Part shown: positions 40,393-50,688 of the stretch, in pieces
Numbering within the stretch: position 1 is the stretch's first letter
Layout of the letters: each line of letters starts with the position of its first letter
NCBI GenBank assembly: GCA_030390025.1
Contig: CM059432.1
Location: 67,210,001-67,274,000, forward strand
Direction: 5' to 3'
DNA length: 64,000 nt
DNA from: Squalus acanthias
Taxonomy: Eukaryota
Program-made: the position numbers and the translations under genes
The notes under the pieces: generated by a model
The model's input: only the letters and a program-made list of their open reading frames with translations
The model's database searches: none
What the model was told of the DNA's origin: nothing

Positions 40393-42000
40393 CCGCGGTA
40401 TTTTGCTTTTGTATGAACTCATGAAATCTGGTGTAGGTCCAAATTAGCATAATTTTGCCATTTAAATGAGGACCATGCATGCCAGGAGCATTGAGGCTTA
40501 TGAGATAGAATTTCCATGGGGTTTCTCCCGATCTCCCGCCGTAACTTCGGCAGTATATTGAAATCCAACAATGCCGTGAGTTGCGAATCACCACAAATTG
40601 CAGGACGATTTGCGTCACTCCGCCATTGTCCTCATGAAAACCAGAGCTCGCCGTGAACCGCCCCATGAGTTTCAAGAAATTGCTGCATTTGCACAGTTTA
40701 AACAAATTAAATTCACCTCAGAAGGTTAGGGCTGGTACTTAATGACATAAGGACCCTTTTAATGACAAACTTTATGGACTAAAAATCCAGGGGCTCAACG
40801 CCACTCGTTACCGGCAAAAACTAGCGTAAAGAGGGCGGCCTCTGCTCTTTCGCCAGCTGGTGGTGGGTCCCGCGCCGTCTGTCATTTTCCAAGGCCCGGC
40901 AGCGCTGCCAATAAGATCGATGGCCCTGCAGATTTAAATGAGGGAGAGGTGACGTGCACGCCGACATAACGTCACCCCGATACTGGGTCCTAAGCTCACC
41001 ATGTAAAGCTAGCATGCAGCAGAGTGATAGAGGTGCTGTCAGCACTGCTTAAAGGGACACACACATCTTGCAGGTAAGTTTGCATTTAAGCATTTGGATT
41101 GGATTTTTTTGATTTTATTGAAGTAGTGGTTTGGTGCAATACATGTTAAAAGTTTTTTAAGTGTGTAGGGAGCGCTGCTGTGTAGGGAGCGCTGCTGGAC
41201 TCTTGCAAGGCCTCGGATGGTAAAGGAAGGCTTCTGAGAAGACAGAAAATGCTTCAAATACTCAGCAGGTCAGGTTACATCCGTGGAGAGAGAAACAGAG
41301 TTCACGTCTCAGGTCAAGATGTTCCCTGACCTGCTGAGTACTTCCAGAATTTCCTGCTGTCATTTCAGATTTTCAGCATCTGCTCACAGAGGGAAGAGGA
41401 AGAAGCAGAATAGGCAGAAGCAGAAGCGGAAGAAACAGAAGAGAAAGAAACAGAAGAAGCAGAAGGAAGTATGCAACCCAGACCGGGATATTTCTGCTCG
41501 GGATATCCGGGATGGAATCATCTGCCTGCGGTACCAGTGACAACAACCCCAATTCCCCTTTCAACATTTGTCCCGCACCTTAGCTTCCCTCTGTTACTGA
41601 CCTGCACAGAGCAGGATTAAACGGAGTGGAGTTGAACAGAGTGTTTTATTTGGGAATTTGGAAACAGTGGGAATTTCTGGTAAGTATTGGGTAAGTAGAA
41701 GCTGTAAAAAGTGAAATTTAGTTTAAGATTTTGATTTTAACCTAGAACTTTAAAAACTGTAGTTAACAGAAGCTGACTGCCAGTGGCAGCTGTCAGTCAG
41801 CTGTAAGTTTTTGTCTTGAATAGGCGCTAATCACCAGGAGCAGGGGAGCTGAGTCAACACTTGTGAATTGGGTGAGGCTCCTCGTCTGGTGGACTTGAAC
41901 AGAGTGTTTCATTTTGGAATTTGGAAAGAGTGGGAATTTGGAGAAGAGGTGGAAGGAATTGTTGGTTTTTGCCTACACTACTTGTAGTGCTTTGTGTTAC

Positions 42001-43723
42001 TGTAAGGGATTCCTGACCCTGCGTGTCTCGCAGCCTGTGAGATTCACGCGGCTCTGTGCAGCCTGTATGTCAGTGCGGGTCTAGGCCTTGTTGCCTGTTC
42101 TGGTCTCCAGCCAGTCTGGGAACACTAGACACACCTGTGAGTGGTTCGAATCACTCTCCCTTACGGTTCTAGACACTGGACTTAGATGCGAGAGCAGTAA
42201 TGGAGATAAAACTCATGTAGACTTGGTTTGAATGGTACGAAATGGAAAATCTTTATTGCATGATACTTAAGATTATGAAATACATGTCATAAGCACAGAT
42301 TAATGACAGTACAATCTTACAAACAGTTATATAGTCGATCTTAGGGAAACGAGGAACGAACGGCACAAAGTAAATAGGGGCACACATTACAAATATCCTT
42401 AATCCTTAAACCCTCCCCTATCAATATCTATCCTAAACTAGATTCGTAGGATCTCGAGACTCATGCTCACCACTCGTGATAACTCGGAGAAATTCCGAAT
42501 AGCTGATCGGATGTTTTTCACCGCAGCACCCACGTGTCGGTCAGGAGATCTCCTGGTCCCACTTGTTTACTTGCTTCTGCTGCTCCGGCTAGCAGGCTGG
42601 ACCGTCTGCTGTGATGAAGACCTGTGTTGGTTGGTTTAACAGGTACTCTTGGAGCACAGTTGTCAATATCGTCGATACGATATGTTTTCACATTCCAGTT
42701 ACTTTGGGCACAGTCCAGTTATCGTCGATGCAATATGTTTCGTTGCAAGTTCAAAGAAGTCTTCCTGGCGAGGAAAACTTGGCTAATCGACCTACAGGCG
42801 CGGTCGGGATTTACTGACCGTGGCGATGGATATGGTCTTCCTCTCTTCTCATCTCATCTCATCTCATCTCATCTCATCTCGGGCCTTCGGTTCCGCTGCC
42901 AGTTACCAACATAGGTCTTCGTTACGTGACACGAGGTAGATCCGAACGGATCAGAAAGTTCAACAGTCTTTTCAGAAGAGGCAACAGGCAAGCAGGAGCG
43001 AGCCCAACTACGAGTACACAGGAGCAGCCACGAGGTTACGAATCGACCGGATAAAAGCACAGGAGCAAGAGAGCAAGAGCAAGAACAAGAGAGCGAATGG
43101 ACGGTTTGGAGCCTGCAATTATAGTGCAAAATCTTCCGTTTCCCGCCCAACTATAATGTCCATTCTTTTGTTTAGGGTTTGGCGCCCAAATGTCTTGTAT
43201 GGGTGATCTCCGTTCTTAATGGGTTTCGGGGCTACTCGTAAATGTCTGAGTACCTGTTAATATTTCTCCCATTGTTAAATCGGTCGGTGTTCTCCCTGGA
43301 GGGGTTTGGGGCTTCCAAGTGTCCTGTATAACTACCTGCTAACGGCTCTCTCATCGTAGAGTCGTTGGGATTTTACATATTAATGTCTTTTGGATGGGCC
43401 CTTGATTACTCGGTACAATGGCTTTCCTTTGTACCTGGGAGACCGATTTCAGTATCTATGTGTATACTGCAAACCCATAATGTCTCGTGTATTATCTTCA
43501 CTGTGCTGAATCTTAATCGATCTTGCACAAATGTTTATTGGAACGCCATCTTGTCTGCCTGTTGAAAAGTCTAGAATGTTCTGTCACGAGGTGCGGCGGC
43601 CATTTTACAGGCTGCTTGTGTCCACTTTAAACCTGCCAGCATTCTGCTGAAATAAAAGCTGTTTGAACGAAACTTTGTGTTTTCTCCTTATTATTGAAAT
43701 CGCGATATATTGCGAATTCTACA
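42001..43723 (-). mobile_element. Solo-LTR-like insertion, 1723 bp
   Basis: TGTA...TACA termini; TAC(T) duplicated; interrupts the CR1 5'UTR; minus-strand AATAAA near 42252-42257; no long ORF. Confidence 0.65.
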
Positions 43724-43836
43724 TACTGGTAAAGATTTAATTTCAGTACCCTTAATTTAAGCTAGATCAAGTAACTACACTGTAAACTAAGTTACCTAAT
43801 TACAAATTTAATTAAATAAAACAAGGTCATATAGGG

Positions 43837-44785
43837 ATGGCAGTGCAGGTGGTGTGCCGCAACTGCAGCATGTGGGAGTTTGTGGAGAGCATTGTGATCC
43901 CGGACAACCACGTTTGCAGTAAGTGCCTGCATCTTGAGCTTCAGCTCAGAGTTTTTGAGCTGGAGTTTGAGGTGCAGACATTGCGGGGCATCAGGGATCG
44001 GGAGAGTTACCTGGACAGGATCCAGGAGGTAGTCACACCCCTTAGGTTAGGTAGTGGTACAGGTCTGGTTAGTGGTCAAGAACAGGAGGGTGTGACTACA
44101 ACTCAGGCAAGTAAGGGGACCCCAGGTGCAGTGCTGGAGGAGCCTCAGCCTTTGCCCTTGTGCAACAGGTATGAAGTTCTTGCTGCCTGTGTGGATGAGG
44201 GAAAAGCCTGCAAGGTGGATGAGCAAGCTGACCATGGCACCATGGTGCAGGAGGCCATTCAAGTGGGGGGCGTGAAAGGGAATGTAGTTGTGGTCGGGGA
44301 CAGTATAGTCAGGGGGATAGATATGGTTCTCTGCAGCCGCGACCGAGAGTTCCGAAGGTTGTGTTGCCTGCCCAGTGCCAGGGTTAAAGACATCTCGTGG
44401 CTGGAGGAGAACTTGGAGTGGGAGGGGGAGGATCCAGTTATCGTGGTCCACATAGGAACCAATGACATAGGTAGAACTAGGAATGAGGTTCTGCTGAGGG
44501 AGTTTGAGGAGCTAGGATCCAAATTAAAAAGCAGAACCTCAAAGGTAATAATCTCTGGATTGTCACCTGAGCCACGTGCAAATTGGCATAGGGACAAACA
44601 TTAGAAGTTTAAATGCGTGGCTCAAAGAGTGGTGTGGGAGGAAGGTGTTTCAGTTCATGGGGCACTGGCACCAGTACTAGGGAAAGAGGGAGCTGTTCTG
44701 TTGGTACGGGCTCCACTTAAACCAGGCTGGGACCAGTGTCCTGGCGAACCGAATAACTAGGGCAATAGACAGGGCTTTAAACTAA
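43837..44785 (+). pseudogene. CR1 ORF1 (Cys-rich zinc finger/zipper plus SGNH-type esterase), frameshifted near 44600
   Basis: CRNC..CSKC, LELQLRVFELE, VVGDSIVRG, VHIGTND and, in the shifted frame, GLHLN; TAA at 44783-44785. Confidence 0.85.
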
Positions 44786-45036
44786 TGAAGGGGGGTGGGG
44801 GGGTGGGAGGATTCAGGAAAGAGTAAATTTTAAAGCAGTGAGAGAAATGTCAAGGCTCTAGAGCAGAGTAGAGTTTTGATTAAAAATAAGCAGAGTGGGT
44901 CAGGAAGGAGAGAGAGTAACAAAAGTAATAAGGCATCAGTGACTAAGGTGATATCAGGGAAAAATAGAAATAAGTCAAAGCTATAGGCACTATATCTGAA
45001 TGCGCGAAGCATTCGCAACAAAATAGATGAATTAAT

Positions 45037-45801
45037 GGCCCAGAAATTAAACATGGATGGTTCCCGCGGGGGTAAGGATTCCCCGCGATATCGCACTCCG
45101 CGCCTACCTTTTTGCTCCGGGCCCACACGAACTTTAGTTTCAAAGGCTCTCTCTGTTGGAACCGTGCAGTGCTTGCGTGACCCAGAGGCGCAATTAGTTC
45201 GTGCGAGCTCTGGGATCACGTGATTCAGTTAGAGCCAATGGCAGCACACCATCTTTCATTCATAGTTTTGACGGCAAGAGCTGTCAAAGCTATGAATACT
45301 AAAAACCTCCAAAAGAACAGCTAAACCTCAATTAATTTTTTTTAAAAAGCCATCACATTAATAAAATAAGTATAGTTAAATAAATTAACCACTTTAAACA
45401 AAAAATTAAACTTTTGAAAAAATTTAAAATCTTTTTAAAAGTTATAAAAATCAACTTACCTTTCTTTAAAGTCTCTAAAAAAGATAAACCTGTTGAAAAA
45501 AATTTAAAATAACACTTAATTAACTACTTACCTTGTTAAAAGGGGGTCCTACGCCTGCTTTCTTTGTGTGTAAAATCTTCACCACTTACCTGCGCGTTCA
45601 AAGCTGAAAAAAAACCTAAGTGCACTGCGTGCGCACAGCCTGTAGTGCGCACGCGGTTCACTTAGGAACCGCCCCCTTTTCAATTCACGAAGTGCCGGTT
45701 TCCCGCGCATGCGCAGTGCATGCAGGAAACCGACAATTCGGGATCTAATACGCGAGAGTACACAGTGCGTACTCTCGCGTATTAGGTTTAATTTTCGGGC
45801 C
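45037..45801. mobile_element. Harbinger-type MITE, hairpin-array family, copy 2
   Basis: TIR GGCCCAGAAATTAAAC / GTTTAATTTTCGGGCC; TSD AAT; removal restores CR1 E-L-I-A-Q-I-E. Confidence 0.9.
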
Positions 45802-47188
45802 AATAGCGCAGATAGAAATTAACAGGTTTGATCTAACAGCCATTACGGAGACGTGGTTGCAAAGTGGCCAAGGTTGGAAACTAAATATTCCAGGATACTA
45901 AACTTTTAGAAGAGATAGGCAAAAGGGAAAATGAGGAGGGGTAGCCCTGATAATAAAGGATGGGATAAAGACAGTAGAGAGAAAGGATCTTAGCTCCGAA
46001 AATCAAGACGTAGAATCAGTTTGGGTGGAGCTAAGAAACAGCAAGGAGCAGAAAACATTGGTGGGAGTGGTTTATAGGCCCCCAAACAGTAGTTGTAATG
46101 TAGGGCAGAGAATAAATCAGGAAATTAGAGGCGCATGTAACAAGGGTAATACAGTGATCATGGGGGACTTTAATCTACATATAGACTGGGCAAACCAAAT
46201 TTGCAGTAATAGTGTGGAGGACGAATTCATGGAATGTATGCAAGATAGTTTTCTCGATCAGTATGTTGAGGAACCAACTAGGGAACAGGCTATTTTAGAT
46301 CTAGTATTGTGCAATGAGAAAGAGTTAATTAATAACCTTGTAGTAAAGGGGCCTTTGGGGAAGAGTGACCATAATACGAAAGAATATTATATCGAGTTTG
46401 AAAGTGATTTAGTTAAATCAGAAACTCGGGTCTTAAATCTAAACAAAGCAAACTACATCGGTGTGAGGGGTGAGTTGGCTACGGTAGATTGGGAAACTAC
46501 ATTAAAAGGTATGACAGTAGACAAGCAATGGCTAGGGTTTAAAGAATTAATACATAATTTACAACAAATATACATTCTTTAAGGCACAAAAACCCCACAG
46601 GAAAAGTGGTCCAACCGTAGTTAAGAAGAGAAGTTAAAGATAGTATTAGATCAAAGGAAGAGGCTTATAATGGTCCCGAAAAGAATAGAAAGCCTGAGGA
46701 TTGGGAGGATTTTAGAATTCAGCAAAGGAGGACCAAGAAATTGATAAAGAAAGGGAAAATGGAACATGAGAGTAAACTAACGAGAGACATAAAAATAGAC
46801 TGTAAAAGCTTCTATAGGTATGTAAAAAGGAAAAGATTAGCAAAAGTAAATGTGGGTGAGACAGGAGAAATTATAATGGGGAATAAGGAAATGGCAGAGA
46901 AATTAAACAAATACTTTGGGCTCGATTTTAATGGAGGATGCGGGATGGAGTCGGGTTGCCTGGTGGGCGAGTTTCGGACGTGCTGCCGGTTTCAGCCGCT
47001 CCCGGTGTCCCATTTTGAGTTAATTGGTCCAATTAGCCCCATCGTGCACGCTGCCTGCTGCAATGAGTTGCAACGGGTCTGTTGGTCTGCACTGATGAGA
47101 TCTCTGCTGCACTTGTTTTTAAGGGCTCCATGTAGCCTCAGCCTCTCATTTCTCACTGCTGCTGCTGTTGGAAAGGGCCAGGATCACC

Positions 47189-49165
47189 ATGAGTGCTGCC
47201 ACAGGCAAGAAGGCTGCTCCTAGATTCAATGACGACTCCCTGCAAGCTCCTGTAGAGGGAGTAAGAGGGCGCAGGGACATTCTCTTCCCTGCCGATGGCC
47301 GCAGGATGCCTCCTCAACAGACGAAGGCAGCCTAGCTGGAGATAGCTGAGGAAGTCAGCACAAGGTCGCTGTGTGGACGCACCTGGCTCCAGTGCCGCAA
47401 ACGCTTCAATGATCTTGTCCGAACATCAAAAGTGAATTTCATATCACACTTACCTTCACCCTGCTTCCCTTCTCTTCTCATCACCAGCACTCTGCTTTGT
47501 CAGCCTGCTCCTCCACATCCCACCTTACCCTTACTTCCCTTGCGCCCTTACCTTTCTATCTCTCTGTACTGAATCACTTCACCATCCTGCTATGCAGCCC
47601 TCACACTTGCTCTCAGTGTTATGCAATGACAACAACTAACAGCTCACAGGTAGGCTCCTTTCTCTTGCCACCTCACTCCATTGTGATTTCAAATAAAACT
47701 GTTGGACTATAACCTGGTGTTGTGCGACTTCTCATTTTTTTCACTCCATCCTGACCTCCCTCTAAGATTCTACCTTATGGATTCTTCACATTCACTCCAT
47801 CACTCTCGCTGAAACTCCACTTGTGTCCCTCCATGCAGGAAAAGATAGCCCACAATAAGAGGGAGAGATCCAAGACAGGAGGAGGCACACCATCACTCGC
47901 CACATTAAATCATGCTGAGGAGGCTGCTCGCGACATCTTGGGAGGTGGCGAGGAGCTGGAAGTGGGGGACAGAGAGACGGGCGCACTAGAGAAGCTGGTG
48001 ACAAAATGCATTTTCATCCCTCGCTTTTACAATTCCTAATTGACTGCAATGGCATATGTTGCTCATAGAGATTTAATTCTGATCATCTGCACAATAGGAT
48101 GTGTCTGCTACCTCCAAATTTGATGTCTAACTCATGCCTTTACTCTCCCACAGGACCATCGAGAGCCACCCTCCCCACTGTCCAGGAGGAAGAGCCAGTC
48201 GAATCCTCAGAGGAACCTGGAGCCTCTGAGGGAGCAGTGTCACCAGGACTCGGCACACCCAGCAACAGCGCAGATACGCACACCTCGATGGGACGTTCGC
48301 GACATAGAGTAGTGTTGTCACCTGGTGTACCACAGCTCACAAGTGAGCATCAGCAAATGCTGGAGACAGCGACAGCAGTGGAGAGTCCTCGTTGGAGGTC
48401 GCAGGACTCTCCTAGCTCAGCTCAGCTGCATGTAGACCCTGTGCCTCTGGGGCCATCCAGAAAGAGAGCGGTGCTGGAACTCCAGGAACAAGTGCAGTAG
48501 TCTCTGACAGGGTTTGCATCCAGGGTAACTGTGAGTGTGGAGAGAATGGAGGAGTCCATCTCTAACATGAGCACTGCCTTTGTGGAGGCAATGGCGCATG
48601 AACGTGCCACCATGGAGAGGGTGGCAACCTCCTTGGAGGACATAAGTTGCCACACTCAACAGAGCATGGTGACTCTTCTAAATAGATGGTCTACTATGGA
48701 GGATAGATGGGCATCTATTGAGGAGAGACACGAGAGGTACATGGATGTCCCCGTTATGAGGACTGTCAGTACAGAGATGGGTCCTCATGGCCCCACTGAG
48801 GTGCAGCAGGTTGCTCTCCAGCCACTTGCTAGCAGTGAAGTGCAGGCGACCCATGAGAGGGATGTTGGTGGCAGACAACAAGGAAGTGTGGGTTCCTCTC
48901 CAAGCGCTCACACAACCATGTCACTGCGGAGCCCTCGGTCAGAGCCCCAGGTTCCTCACCCAACTGAGATAGTCGTCTCAGCCCCTGCACAGCTGCAGGA
49001 AGAGCAGACTGGAGGAGCTCTCACAGACTCCCAAACCCAGAGGACGCCCGCCAAAGGCGTCTAAGCAGGCGCAGCACCAAAGTGAGCAAGGTGCCTCTAC
49101 ATCTGCTGAAGCCACAGGGGAAGTACCACGTTGGAGCACACATAATCGGAAGTTAAAGCACTAAT
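47189..49165 (+). pseudogene. Harbinger Myb/SANT-like DNA-binding protein, 3 exons (47189-47431, 47839-47997, 48154-~49165), disrupted
   Basis: MSAATGKKAAPRFNDD...AA*LEIAEEV...QCRKRFNDL; EKIAHNKRERSKTGGG; premature TAG codons and a phase mismatch between exons 2 and 3. Confidence 0.85.
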
Positions 49166-49449
49166 AGTCACAAGGGTAGTCACTTGGGTGTCTTATAGTG
49201 TTCAATATCGAGTGTCATCCTTTTGTGATGTAATTAAAAAAAAGTGATGGCAAAGAGTTGACGTTCTAGCTTATGTATTCTGGGAAATGGAAGTTCAAGA
49301 GTGAGGGCTCAGGGCTAATTCCATTTATAATGATGGTGGTGAGAGTGAGCGGACACCACCGTTTATTGGACAGATGATGCATGAGGTTTTGAGAATGTCG
49401 GCCTTATATTCATCTCCATCTGCCAGCCACCTGTGTTTGAAGCGTAAGA

Positions 49450-50688
49450 TTACGTGAATCTGGCATGGATGAGTGATTCCCTTGCCAGACGGCCAGCAAT
49501 GTAGTCGCGTGCGGCTGCATTGGCCACTTACGGCCCCCTGTCCTCCTCGTCCTCTTCCTATTCTTCCGAGGAGTGTGTGTGCTGAGCCACTTGTTCATCC
49601 GGCAGCACTAAGCCGCGCTGCTGTGCGATGTTGTGCAGGGCACAGCAGACCACGATGATTCTGGACACCCTGGCTGGTGCATACTGCAAGGCTCCACCAG
49701 ATCTGTCCAGGCATTGGATGCGCATTTTGAGCAAGCCGATGGTTTGCTCGATGATGCTTCTGGTGGATAAGTGACTCACATTGTGGCGCTCCTCAGCCTC
49801 GTTTGTTGGCCTCCTCATCAGTGTCATAAGCCACTTTTTCAGGGGATAGCCCTTGTCGCCAAGTAGCCATCCGCAAAGTTCGGCTGGCGGATTGAAGAGC
49901 TGAGGCACAGTAGACTGGTGCAGGATGAAGGAGTCATGGCAACTGCCAGGGTACTTAGCGCAAACATGCATGATGATCTTCCTGTGGTTACACACCAGCT
50001 GGACGTTCAGGGAGTGTAATCCCTTGCGGTTGACAAATACAGCTGGGTTGTGATAGGGGGCCCTAATGGCTACATGTCTGCAGTCTATGACGCCCTGCAC
50101 CATTGGCAAGCCTGCCATACTGGCAAAGCCAACCGCTCGCGCGGTCACACTTGGGCCATCCATGAAGAAGTGGATGTAATTATGGGCCTTTGCAAAGAGG
50201 GCATCGGTGACCTGCGTGATGCAGGTGTGTGCGGCCGACTGGGAGATGCCACTGATGTCTGCAGCTGATCCCTGGAAGGAGCCCGAAGCAAACAAGTTGA
50301 GTGCGGTGGTGACTTTGACAGCCAATGGTAAGGAGTGTCCACCCGCTCCTCTGGGCTCCAGGTGTTGGTGCAGCATTGCGCAGATGTCAGCGACTACGTC
50401 TCTCGAAAGTCTCAGCCTCCTTTGGCACTGCTGCTCAGTCATGCTGAGGAAGCTGAACCTCTGCCTGTAAACCCTGTGTTGGGGGTATCTCCTGCGGCGA
50501 GGTGCAGCCCTGCGCTGCTGCTCTCCGCCCTGTGCAGCATCAGGTGGGTGAGGAGGAGGTTGGCGCTCCTGGTGCTGGTGCTGCTGTTGTGGCTGGTTGT
50601 GGTGCTGTTGTGGCTGGTTGTGGTGCTGCCGCGGCTGCTCTTCCTCCAAATCTGACGACTAGGATGAGAGGATATAAATGGTTCCCAT
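49450..50688 (-). pseudogene. Harbinger DDE transposase (HARBI1-like) with three in-frame stops
   Basis: ATG at 50688; stops at 50659-50661, 49558-49560 and ~49528-49530; motifs [29 protein letters not shown]; terminal ARFT* at 49450. Confidence 0.9.

Noticed and set aside
41283..41540. Lys/Gln-rich ORF
   Set aside because: Product of a (GAAGCA)-like low-complexity run next to a Penelope-type fragment.
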